A stretch of 64,000 bases of DNA from Balanoglossus misakiensis (lineage: Eukaryota > Animalia > Hemichordata). The notes beneath the pieces are model-generated. The model did not search any database, had not been told where the DNA came from, and worked only from the letters and a program-made list of their open reading frames with translations. How positions within the stretch are numbered: the stretch's first letter is position 1; every line of letters starts with the position of its first letter. This document shows positions 49,728 to 62,594 of the stretch, one piece after another. The DNA lies in the NCBI GenBank assembly GCA_040954595.2, contig CM082587.2, forward strand, positions 9,801,403 through 9,865,402, in the 5' to 3' direction. The translations under genes and the position numbers were made by a program.

Positions 49728-52700
49728 ATGGGGCGTAAAAAGAAGCGTGCAAAGAAGACTGGGTGTGAGCAATATTGGTATAGATTGGTATAGATGAATA
49801 CAGTCAGAATGTGGAAGAAGAAGCCATGAAAATGTTTACCAAGACATTTACGTTTGAGAAACCAGTTGAGGATACACAAGTATGGACTCTACCTGACTTG
49901 CAGAAAGTTCTAGTACACAGCAATGAATGCGTGCAGCAAAACGAGACATTGGCTGAACTCAAAATGGAACTGAACGCCACCAAATCACTTCTGAGTGATA
50001 AAGACATTGAAAAATGGCACGAACATACAATGTTCACCAACAAAGCAGGTCGAATAGTGGCTCACATCAGAGCACAGTTGAAACCAGAACTGTGCACGCA
50101 GGCATGGTGCAAGTTTTATGAAATCCTTTGTACACATGCGGTCTTACCAAAGGAAGCACTGGAAGGTGGATTGTTACATACACTACATCTGTGCGAGGCT
50201 CCAGGTGCCTTTATTGCAAGTTTGAATCACTACTTGAAGACAAACAATGTGGACATTGAATGGAGGTGGCATGCAAGTACACTGAATCCATATTACGAAG
50301 GCAATGACTTGAGCGATATGATACCAGATGATAGGTTTATTAGGGAAACATTGGACCATTGGTATTTTGGAAGGGATAATACTGGGGATGTGACTGATGT
50401 CAATGTGATGAAGGAACTTGTCAGTGACGGCAGATTTGCGGATATGCATTTGGTAGGTTTGCAGCTCCTATTTAGTATAATGTACATGTACAGTACGACC
50501 CAAAAGTCTCCTTCAGCCCTAGACTCTCTCACAGCCCCTCTCGTCGTCCATGCAGGCTTATGGTCTGATTGCACCAGACGGTGCTTCTCCCTTGCCAAAC
50601 GGTTGAGGGCGTGTAGCGAACCGTGGGCTGTGAGAGAGTCTACTTCAGCCCATGCTAGCCCTTAGCTGCGTTTGCACCAGCTCTCTATAAATGCCAGTGT
50701 AGCCCCATTAACACCCCTTTCATCATAAGCAAGCTAAAAGCACAAGAACAATAAATGCTATTGCTTCTGACAATAGAGAGAACAATAGAGCGCCTCCATG
50801 AGCGCCCCCTTTAACACCTTATAGCGCCCTCAAACAATGGCCAGTGAGAACATAAGCATCCCCACCAACCCAATGTCTTTCCTTCATGGACCCCTGTCCC
50901 AATCTTAACTGTTTGCCAGGACCATAACAGTCCTCAACTGTGTAAACAGTCTGTTATTTATAGCGACCTTCCCCTACAGTGAGTGGAATGCGTGAGAATT
51001 ACTGGATCAATTTGTGCTGCAACAGTGTTGATGTAAACAGTCGGGAAGGTACATATACATTGTAAACGTTTTGTCATGAAAAAAGGTCGATAGCGAAACA
51101 CAGTTTAACTGAAAATAATGTTCAAGAATGCAAACCACACAATGAAAGATTAACCATGTTTTGCAAGCAGCTTAAGCTGCAGACCAAGTGCATTCTCAAA
51201 AATACCTAATAATAAATGTACGTCCCAAATCACTACGGCAAGTGTCCACACTGCTAAATCATTTATGATGGGCATGCTGCAAGCTAACAGTACACACGAC
51301 CAACACTGACTCCATCGTCCCCTCGACCACAGTGCACGTCCCTAAATTTTGGAGAGCAAAGTGTGGCAGGCAAAAATGGCACGGACCTAGAAAGAAGCAA
51401 TGACTGAGTTCTAACATTTTGTCATTACCAACAGCAACACAACAGAAAAATTGCAGTGCTACGCTTTGCGGAGAGAGGTGCTACCAGCAGCAAGCTACAT
51501 GTATGTGTATTACCGGGATCAACCAGTTTTATGTACGTTCTTTAGGGGCAGTTCAGGGGGGGGGGGGGGATAAAGACTACTAATGAATTTAATACATGTC
51601 TTGTCCTTCCATAGTAACACACCATTGAGTGTAAAAATGCAAAGTTACCACCATAGGTTTGAACAAACCAGTCTGGCATAGGTCTAACAGCACAAACCGG
51701 TACTTGGAAAATGTCTGCCATGGGTCAATGAATAATTGTACCAAATATCATGCTTTTAACCCGAAGTGCACGATTTAAAAGTATGAATGTCTGTTTCTTG
51801 CCACTAGAGGGCGCTGTCATTTTGGATCCATATCAGAAAATGGCCGTCATGAGTCAAAGCATGACTGTACCAAGTTTCATGCTTTTAAAGGCACGTAAGC
51901 TGCAACTGGATAAAAAATTAAAGTTTTAAATAATCTCATATATGCTTTTAATTATATCTATTAAATGCTATTTCATGATAATATATCAAGCTCAACACTT
52001 ATTTATGACAAAATGGTCAAAAATTAAAGAAAAACGAAAATTCCTGAAATTTTTAAAAAAGTGCAATATTGCAATGAAAAATCTGATGTCTCAGTGGTGT
52101 ACATTTACTTCCATGAGCTCAAGTGGATGAGATCATGTTTTGTTTATGAAGTTTCACAGCCGGAAATGCGACATTTTCATTGTTTCTTTCATTTTCCCAC
52201 AGTGGCGGCCATAATCGCTTGCGGCAAAGCTTTATTATTTATCTGGTTAAAACTTGCATATGCACTCATATTTAGGGTTTATAATGCTTGTGAATAGTTC
52301 ACTGCCTTCATCTGCATGGACTAATGGTAGTGCAGTGTGAAACAAAAATTATGAAAATTATCCCAAAAGTTACAGCTTACGTGCCTTTAACCCAAAGTGC
52401 ACGATTTTTTGGTTAACTGCCCCACTATTAACATAATTGGCAATATTTGTGGATAAATTTCAATGTGTCTACAACAATAGAGATTATCATTGGCAAGTGA
52501 GTAAGTACACAGTGAGGCAGTATGTGAAGTCTGTTCTATTTAGATTGTCACAGGAGAGAAAGAGGGACCCAGTGTATAAATCCAGTTTTATTTCGATATC
52601 TCTACTTTGATTCCTGGGCTGCCTGTGCAAGCCAGGGTGGACATGGAAGTAAAACTTTTATCCTGCCTGGACAGGCGATAATTTCGAACACTCAGTACAC

Positions 52701-55700
52701 ATGCAATAATTGTGAATAGGCCTACCTGTAGTACACTTGCTCATTCCATTTTTGCAGGGTTGTTTAACAGAATGGTTGAAACTGATTTCATTTCCTTCTT
52801 ACAGATCACAGCTGATGGTAGCATCGATTGTCAAAGTGATCCAGCTGAACAAGAAGCCTTGGTTTCACATTTACATTTCTGTGAAGTTATTACAGCATTA
52901 CAGTGTCTCAGTCGTGGTGGAACATTTGTTCTCAAGATGTTCACTTTATTTGAGCATAGCTCTGTCTGTCTGCTGTATCTCTTGAATTGTGTTTTTGAAA
53001 AGGTGAGTCTAATTTTACCTTGTTTGTAATTTCTGATACTGAAGAGTGCATTTATGGAATGATAAGCAAAATACATCCATATATGTCATTTTGTCATATG
53101 TCCATGTTGCTTGTAATATTTTACAATATGATTTTTTAACCCTTTCACCACCACAGTTCAGTCTTAACCCATTGTTTGTTATTGTAAGGTTATACCTCTA
53201 AGGGCTCTACAGAGGGAACTGGAGGTGAAAGGGTTAAAACCCCACTATTGGTAACTTTTGTTCACATCAAATTGAACACCTGGAGCGAGTTTCTCCCCTT
53301 TCCTCTGTTATGTGGCGTTCTCACTGGCACGTTTACACCGGTGCTACAACGGTGTAGATTTGACACCGACGGAAAAAAACAAGTGAGAACGCTTTACACC
53401 GGTGTTGGGCCGGTGTTGATTTGCGACGACGATGGGTGGCGGGTCAGGGCCAGTGCTGGGCCAGCGCTCCGACGCAAATAATCAGTGAGAACGCAAAGAT
53501 AAACAAACGCCGTTCAAAAGCGCCACCCTGCAGTGACTTTTGGGTATGTTTATTAGGTATAGCCCATTGTCTTTGGTCAGTTTCCATTGTCAAGTCAATC
53601 ACACTGGACGCGAGTGGTTTTCAAACCATTCGCAGTTTGCCAGGTCTGCAACACTTCTGTCTGCTACCAACTTTCGGAAGGTTCTCTCCATCACCGAAAA
53701 GCTGAGGCATTTTCCATTTATGGATTAACATTCATTTACTTCTAAACAAATATCAAAACTGTCACAAAGTCGTCTAGAACGCATATGAAGGTATAGAAAC
53801 TGAAACATATTGCTGTAAAGTCCTCGACGTCCTCAATTTTGTTAGTTGCCGTGATGCTAAACGTGGCGATTTAGACGTTGTTTATTTCAAAACAGTGGCC
53901 AAAAGTTTAGTGTGTGGACACACCGAGATTCTGTGGGCTAATCCCCTGTGTTTGCAAAGAGTAAACACTGGCATAACACTGGTGTCGAAACTTTTAGTGA
54001 GAACAAGACTGTATATCCAGTTCTGGTCCATCAATATTTACTTTATAATCAACTAAAGTAGTTAGCAAGTCCCTAATGAGAAACTGGTTAACACAGAAAA
54101 AACAAATACAGAGTTTGTTCATCAATTAATGTTTATTGAAAACAAATTGTAGATGCGAACATCTTCCCTTTCACGATTGGAACTATTTTGGGATAATTGC
54201 ATACTGATAAAATGCAAACAAAATGATAAGTATTCATTGTACTTGGGGGAAATGTGGTATTTCTGTCATTGTTTGACAAAAACAAACAAAACAAAACAAA
54301 ATGATAAGAATGTCGAGTGTGTAGGCTACATGTACTGTGCTGAGAGTTTTACAGAGTTTATTACCATGCAATTATCCCAAAATAGTTCCAATCGTGTTTA
54401 CTATATATCTGTACAAATACAATATGTTTAGCAACTTCTGGTTATTAGGTCTCGAAATATAAAGCAGCCCAGGGCCAGTAAAAATTGTGCTGGGCAGGTA
54501 AATTCTGTTGATTAAAATAAATTACTAGTAAATGTTTTTTGCTACCAGAAATGTCAGATTTCAATTTTCAGTAGATAAATGAAAAAACAATGTGTTTTTT
54601 TTCCGTCAAAGTAGACCTAGCAAGTCACTTAGATGAGTTCTCCCGCGATTCATTCCGGCAATTGCAATTTTATTAGGAAACTTCGTACTTTATGACAAAT
54701 AATCACCGTTCCAGTGCAGTATGTCCCCAAATCATTAATGTGACAAGATTTATAAGTCTGGGGAACAATATTCGATGTTGCGTTTGTTTGTGGTGTTGGC
54801 GAGGTTAAGGTAGCCTGGTGGATCAGTGTTTCTGCAGAAATACAATCAATCATGGTGACAGAATCTCAGACAAATGTTATTGATTTTCTAACAATTTCCT
54901 GCCTTATACATTTCAATGACCAGTGGAATATAGAGGTTCAGTCGTCACACGCTGAACTAGCACAGGAACGGACTTGCGTCTCCAGCAACAATCAAATCCA
55001 TGATTTTTGCTTTGATTGCCTTCTTTCCAAATTACACACCTTTCTTGATTTTACCTAGCGATATTGTCATGGAACTTTCACATTTTTATTTCATTTCTGT
55101 ACTATGAATTCCAGGACCTGATTTATGATCTCTCCTGGTCTACATGTATGTCATACAGGCAGGAATATGGGCCAGTTCATAGGATAATCTGTTCATATAG
55201 TGTGTGTAAATAGCCAAGAAGTTATCTACTTCATTTATTTTGAATTACAGGTCCATGTATTCAAACCAGCGACCAGTAAGGCAGGCAATTCGGAAGTTTA
55301 TGTTATCTGCATGAACTTCACTGGAAAGGAGAACGGAGCATTACAAAGATATTTCCCAAAGTTGATAGAGAAATTTGGTAAGCAACTGAATGTTTTTAGA
55401 CTTATTACTCTCTCGGTTGCTGTGTTTCCATTTTAATCATATGACTGTATGACAATATATCAACAATTGTGATATTTTAAAATAATAACACATGTTAGTG
55501 AGGGCAATATCATGATCTTTAGCCTGCTCGAGGGATGGTGATCTCTGACTACAATATTGATGATGCCCGAGCCGCAGGCGAGGGTATCATCAATATTGTG
55601 GTCAGGGATCACCAGTCCGAGGGCAGGCTTCAAATCGTGATGTTGCCCGAGCATCATGTGTTATTAATTTTCTTACGCCGAACATTTGAACGTACATACA

Positions 55701-58700
55701 CTGTAGAATAGAAGAACGTAACGTTGCGTCCATGTTGTACGTTGCTGAGAATGTAAAATGACTCGATCTCCCGAGAACTATACCTACTTCGAACTCAGAT
55801 AATTTTGAGGATACTGCGCTGTTGGTTGCGACTTTGGTGTATTTACTGTCCGTTTGCAGTAAATATATCGTCCAGTTGAACAGGTGTTAAGTCTGTGTGT
55901 CACTTTGAAGCCATATATGCGGGAGTTGCCTGATCGTAAAGGAAGCCATTGAACGACAGTTTGTTATGCGCAGAAAAGATGCACAGAACCTAAAACCTGT
56001 TCTCAGCTGGCAATATTCTCTTACCGCACGCGTTTCCCCGGCCCGTAGCCCCTATCTACATATACGGGCCATAGACTCTGTCAACCATGTAATATGTTAT
56101 CGCTTTCTGGTTAAAACTCCTCGAAATGCCTCCTCACAGAATTCCAAGACAGGTATACCTGATGCTGTGTAATCTAGACAACATGGGAAGGAATACGTGG
56201 GCAACCTCTGTAAAAGATATTTTATTTTCATTTGGCTGTGGGTTTGCTTGGCTTTCCCAGGAAGTGGGCAATAAGCAGTATTTTCTTCATGTTTTTGAAA
56301 GTAGAGTCAAAAGTGCCTTTCTCACGTGCCGTCAACGCCGCCCCAGCGGCGGCCCTAGGGCGGCGTTAATTTGTAAGTGCCACGTGTGAAAAGGTGAGAG
56401 CGGCCCTGCGCCGCTCTTTTTTTGTGACGGTGTTGAGGGGTGGGACCTGGGTCGGGGCGCCGCACTAAGCAGCGATTCAAATCACGTGTGAACAGAAACA
56501 CCGCACTAAACGCCGATCTAAACGCACTCTGCCGACGCGGTTTGTCTCATTAAGCGCTGCATAAAGCGTTGAGGTTCACTTTACTAAAACAATGGCCGAA
56601 GCAGTGTCTCGAGGCAACAATTGGAGTGACGCGGAAATGGCCAAGGCACATACAAAGGAATTGCAAACTCGACCTCCGACAACGATTTTGTAGCATGGAC
56701 TGCAGTCTTCCAATCGCAACCTCCAATGAAAGGTTACCATAAACGGGTATCGGGTCATTCAAATGCCCATAAAATCGGCGTCGACGACGTTTAAAAAGCA
56801 AATTCAAGAGTACCATATACAGTAAACACACGCTGCTGTGGACGCGCATAGAGGGCGATGACCCCGTCCCTTTTATACACATGTGAATGCAAAACTATTT
56901 GAGTCGCTGATAAGAAATGTTTACCAACTTTTATAATCCCGAAAAGGGCGGCCTAACCATGGCACATGTGCAAGCGACAAAAGATGTGTACAAACAACGT
57001 TGGTATGAAAAGCTTGCCCTCAAACCCAAAGTCCGTACGTACATTCAATTCAAAAGTTTACTAGAGCCTGAAAAATATCTTTACCTCCGCTGTAATCACC
57101 AAGCCATCCGAATGTATACGTATTTTCGTTGTTCAGTACTCCCTCTGGCAATAGAGGAAGGCAGGAGAAACAACATTCCCCCTGTAACTAGATTTTGCAA
57201 AGTTTGTAACACAGTGACAAATAGTGTAGAAGACGAATACCACTTTCTTGTAATTTGTCCGTTATACAATAATTTAAGACTTCGACATTTGCCAGTAGAA
57301 TTATTCTTAGAACCAACTTTCTGTAAATGTATCAAGTATATGCGGTCATCTTGCTCAGATGACCAACTCAGTCTCTGCAATTTTGTATATAGAGCTTTCA
57401 AACTTCGAGAAAAAGCCATCATGTATGTACACACTCAGCAATGTAATCTGTTCTGTGTTTCCTTGTTTTCAATCACGTGATCACTTATAGAATCCCTCAG
57501 ACAGTGTATCATCTATGTTCACACTCTGTAGCATTGTATGTACTTTATTTATACCTCCTTTGCATATGGACCGGAGGCCAGGAAACGCAATTATAAAAGC
57601 TTTATTATTATTAATATCACGTTTTTTTCTACGTCACGTGGTATGGTCTCAGCCAATCGAGAGTACGGAATACAGTGTGAGATGTAATAAATATGGGCTG
57701 GTAAACATCGTCAGTTCTTGTTCTGATTCCTTGAACTATATTCATGAAAATGGGTCTTGAATGTCAATAAAACATAACCCAGGTTCTTCCTCCATGCTCT
57801 CTTTGTTTACATCATAGTAATTTGTTTCAACGAGTATGGAAATGTGCAATCAAATAAAACATTTAATATGTCTGATTTAACCCTGATGCTACTGGGTGTC
57901 ATACCTGTTTAGAGTGTCAAGTCCCTTAAAATAGAAATTTGCCACTTTTTCTTCAAAAACATATTTTGACTGTCTTGACATGGCTCTCATACATACTTAG
58001 ACACACTTGGCAGTCTGAGCCCCCTGTAAAATGCACCAAATCGCACTGGTTTGGTTTGAGGGTCTTGTATAGGCCCTACTGAGTTAAACGCACTTGGCAC
58101 CATAACAGGCCTGGGAGCCAGGATTCTAGTCACCCTGGAAATCAAACCAGTTTCAACTGACTTGGTAGCATTAGGGTTAATGTTGATATGGTTCTTTCAA
58201 AATTAAAAATGCTATGTTAATGGCAATCTGATCTGATCGAGGTCGTGTTCCATAGGACCGTTCATGAGTTTGTCATTGAACAACTGCACAACCGCCGTTC
58301 TCAGACACCAAGAGCACATGTCAATTAAATGTCCTCACTTTAATCACCATCAAGTTGAAAATGAAGCAGTTTCGCCTGTGAAGTCAGATTTTATAAGTTT
58401 GAATACCTGGTAGATTAAACCAGCAAAAACAGGTGGTTGTGATTTATGGTGGCCCCTTCAACATCTACACTGTATGTTCAAGTACGACTGAAGCGCAGGA
58501 TCACCCTGCATGAATTTGAAACGGTGACTGTGACAGCCACCAACCCCTCTACAATTTACCCATCGTCTTTCAATTATTTATGAGTATTCCTCAACAGCAG
58601 ACAATTTACAAATATTTTTAAATAAACAGATATGAGACTTGTGAACGTTGAAATTGAAGGCCTCTGGTTTTATATGCAAAAGTGCTAGTTTTTTTCAAAC

Positions 58701-60621
58701 TGATTAATTTTCAAGCTTGATCATGGCGTGATTTTTGCCTTAAACCAGACAATGCACTGTTCCATATTCAATTGAAATTACTTGTAATTCATGATGCAGT
58801 GTGGTTGACTTCTCACAAAAACTGTTTTAAAACATCTCTGACTTACTGATACTCTTGTTTATGTTGTTGTGCCTACAGTTATTTTCTATCTTCAGACAAA
58901 TCCTAATTATTTTGCATAATCTCTACACTATACTTCAATGAAGCTTCACATTGACAGCACAAATTGTGAATGAAGTCAGTATTTGCTACTTGTGTGGTTG
59001 TGAGCTGCATCACAACCACACTTGCAGCAATACAGCCCATCACACAGGTGATATCATTATTTACACAGAAATCATGTAATTTGTATGTGGGTGAACCTTT
59101 GCAAAATCAGTTTTCTTTCATTTCGCAAAAAAATGTCGCAAAATTTCCTGTTACAATTCTGCAGGTGAAAAGCCTTTATTGGCAATGTCCATTTCCAACC
59201 TTTCAATCATCAAATTTGACATTTTCCGTAATTCCATCCCAGTCTTGCACCTTCAGAGAAACAATACATGTCGCATGGTGTTAATGTTTGTGAGAGTTCG
59301 TGTGAATTTGAAGCAGCTGGTGTAAAAGAGTGTGAATAGTCAAACCCTAGAGCATTTAACAGTGGTGGATTGGCCTCAAAATGGACATAATGTATTACGC
59401 AGTGACGATTTTTGTTGACCCGATATGACAGTTGTTAGAAGAATTTGGTCTGAAAAACTACCAATTTTGAGCAAATATTTTTTGACACATCAAGGCAATG
59501 AATGACTCCAGTGTGTCATAACAATGACATGAAGTCTGCATTAAGGGGGAGAGGGGCGGGGGTTTCGACCAAGTGTGATTTTTGGATGCATGTCTTCTGG
59601 GAATTTGATCAATCAACAGTATTAGGAAAACCCTCTGCACAAACTCTGTCACTACACAGTGATTAACATAACAATGACAAAGTGTGGCTGATATTTGCAC
59701 TCCAATAAACAACCAACATCTTTCTATACAATTTCTGTGTTGACCAAGACGTTCACACTTTGGTTATAATAATCCCGCAAACAGCCGTTTTCCACCACCG
59801 TTTGGATGATTACTACCTACCATGTTTGTGCAGGCCTAGTTTGGCATGAGAATCATTTTTACCAACCACTAGTGCATGTTTTTGCTAAAATCAAAGAATT
59901 TTGTGGGGCCAGAAAAGCATGCATATTGGGAAAAAGCGCCAAGTGTGGCTGAACCAATGCAGTACACGTGTGAAGCAGTATTGACCAGATGACATTTAGA
60001 TTGCGCAAAAACAAAATATGCAATACAGTGCATTGTAAAACTGCTTCATACAAGTGTGGGCCTAAATTCATTTGCAAATAACTTGTTTGCCTTTCCTCGA
60101 TAAACATTACTGACTTCCCCAAAACATATCAGTTCTAGTTTCTTGATACCATCAAGTCATTTTGATATGCTCCCATGCCTTTGTATGGCTGATAGGAAGT
60201 ATTCCCTCATTGTGTCATCCCTCCACACCCCATCATACTCACTCATTACAAGCACTACCAGTCTACCCATTCACACCGGCATCTTCCCCCACATCGACAT
60301 GGGAGCACAGTGCCTTTGGCGCTATTTTTATTGTTTACTACATGTATTTTTTTCTCTGCAGGGCCAGCAAAGTCGATGTCTTTGTTTGTGCCAGAAGACA
60401 TCCCATCATCATTCAGCCAACAGCTTATCCAGTGTGCCAAACAATTTAAACAGTATCAGAGTGAAACCATAGAAAGTAACGTAACACTTCACAAGTCAAT
60501 GAGTCTGCAAGAAAAGAGGCATATTGAACAAGTCCGAGACTGCTGTCTGCAAATGTACATAGAGAGCTTTGGTATTAAGTTCATTCATAGAGAACACCAA
60601 ATATGCCCAGATTTGTACAAG
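49728..60621 (+). CDS. CMTR2: Cap2 mRNA 2'-O-methyltransferase, 5' part: exons 49701-50452, 52805-53002, 55251-55377, 60362-60621; continues beyond
   Basis: [56 protein letters not shown] (K-D-K-E tetrad), with canonical splice sites. The start is ambiguous: ATG 49728 is out of frame and the in-frame ATG is 49826. Confidence 0.93.
50520..50642. mobile_element. Academ(H)-like MITE with perfect 9-bp TSD (relative near 41357-41545)
   Basis: CTTCAGCCC|TAGACTCTCTCACAGCCC...GGGCTGTGAGAGAGTCTA|CTTCAGCCC. Confidence 0.85.
51889..52386. mobile_element. Kolobok-like MITE
   Basis: TTAA|AGGCACGTAAGCTG...CAGCTTACGTGCCT|TTAA. Confidence 0.88.
53140..53233. mobile_element. piggyBac-like mini-MITE
   Basis: TTAA|CCCTTTCACC...GGTGAAAGGG|TTAA. 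Confidence 0.8.
55480..57690 (+). mobile_element. Hairpin element (centre GAGCCGCAGGCGAGG) hosting a LINE insertion
   Basis: Palindrome 55482-55665. The paralog at 39390-39909 lacks the LINE. Confidence 0.75.
56096..57611 (+). mobile_element. 5'-truncated non-LTR retrotransposon (ORF2 C-terminus), interrupted by a Harbinger-like element (about 56313-56978)
   Basis: RIPRQVY...W...VK and DVYKQRW...LAIEEGR...CKVC...[11 protein letters not shown] (CCHC knuckle), (TTA)n tail, TAATAT TSD. Confidence 0.85.
57881..58176. mobile_element. piggyBac-like MITE (partial relatives near 9265 and 25252)
   Basis: TTAA|CCCTGATGCTAC...GTAGCATTAGGG|TTAA. Confidence 0.85.
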
Positions 60622-62594
60622 GTTAGTAAATGAGTGAGGATTATTATTAAAGGGACAAAGTCTCTCTCTCGCTGCCCCTTTTCCATTAACTATATTTCAT
60701 ACAACTCTACATGTGAATATATAGTGAATCAACGTTTGACCACACACAACTTCCATTCCGTTTGTAGAATATAAGAGTAATTAAAGCTGCAAGCAGCATT
60801 GAAGGGGCCCAAGCAAATAGAGATAATCATGACAAATCCATTGCATCAAATATCAATGCTGTATCTGCTGTGGATGCTGTGATTTGTGAAAGTAGGTCAA
60901 AGGTCACCTGAGGTCACCCAACATTTGGGGAAATAATTGACCCCATACCGGTCCATGTCCAACAAAAACAAACATGTAGTTCTATTGGATCGCCTGTAAT
61001 TATGTATGCGTATATTTAATGAGGTCAGCAGGTGTCACAAAATTTGGCTTTTCATTTTGGTCTCATCCTGCCAAATGCCAAGGCTGTTTCTGCTCTGGAT
61101 GCTGAGATATGCGAAAGTAGGTCAATGGTCACCTGAGATCACCCAAAATTTGGGCGAAAAGTTTTGAACCATATTGGTTCCATGGACAATATCGCAAGAA
61201 TTGCCGAACAAAATCTGGTTTCACTATGGGAATACCTATTGACCAAATATGTACACAGCAGGCGTGTTCATATATTACTCAGAATGCGGGACATTTCACA
61301 ATGCTTGCATTGCTATATAGGGTATCGTTGGCAAAAACCAATTAATGAGCATCCCATACCTTCACATAACCAGGTAGAGGTATGTAATTTAACCAGCAGT
61401 AGGCCTACGACATTTCAACAATGCTGTCAGAGGTAAAAAAATAAACACAATTTAAACTAAAGATTCACTGTAGCTAAAACGTGCCCCTACAATTACAACA
61501 AGTGCATGATGAGACACGTACAGGCAATTTCATATACTGCATAGAAAGGTATATTTTCATTTAATAGCCTGGTAACTAATGTTTTCTCATTTGTGTTGGT
61601 CATTCAATAATACCTGCGACCTTGAAGATCCTTTGTATGACGTCGTATATTATGAACACCTAGCACTGGAAAATGTTTGGGATAAGTCGAATACTTGAAT
61701 TTACCTATTAACATTTTGCGTGCGACTTCATTTGCAACGATAAATGGTTTTAAACTGAATGTTAACAGGGGAGAGCAGACGCACAGATTATTCAAGCATA
61801 CAGGTAGCACAATACTCGAAGCAAATATGAAAAGCTCATAAGGAGAACATTTGGTTGGTGTTTTCAACTATAATAATGTCATGGTAGAGAATCGAACAGA
61901 ACAGATGTTACACATATAGGCCTAGATAAGACTCTAAAAGAATCAGTCTTTCATGAAACATTCTAAATATCACGGTATTGTACAATTGTTTCCAACTATT
62001 ATTCGCACACAGTTGGGTCGGCGAGTTGATGTAAGCTCACAATGTGAATTTTCTAAAGCGTATTCTCTCCTGCCTGCATAGCTGTCTGTCTGTCCATATG
62101 TATATAGCGAGCAGATCGACATGTACTTATTGTTAACATGCAGGTGAAGATGGGTATTTAATGTCCGAACTATAATTAGTTGCCAATGCAACATCTTGAA
62201 AGCGCATGGCGTACATTACCTCAATCAACATTTGCCATTCGCATTTTAGAAATGTGCCGGGGGTCACCTTTGACATGACCAACCGACCCACCCTCGCATA
62301 ATAAATGAAAATTCCCTAATCGTAATTAAAACGTAAATCAAACAAATATGCAGGAAAGGATGCACCACAGCGTATCTTTACCATAAACAATTTCGGGAAG
62401 TATTGTTAAAAGAGTTACAGAATACAACGACTCGAGACTTTTCATACCATGCTAGTTATTTTTATTACGTTCATAATGGACAATATCAAGATTTGATGCC
62501 AACCCACCACTACCTATTATGAATTTCAACGTTTGACAAAAATATCTCTCCACTGTCTTTGTCTAAATCATGATGTATTCAGCTGTAGTTTATG

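Noticed and set aside
50453-50665. C-terminal part of the 284-aa ORF as CMTR2 coding sequence
   Set aside because: Read-through into the intron past donor TTG|GTAGGT; includes a MITE.
56917-57480. 187-aa host gene
   Set aside because: LINE ORF2 tail fused to a MITE-derived start.
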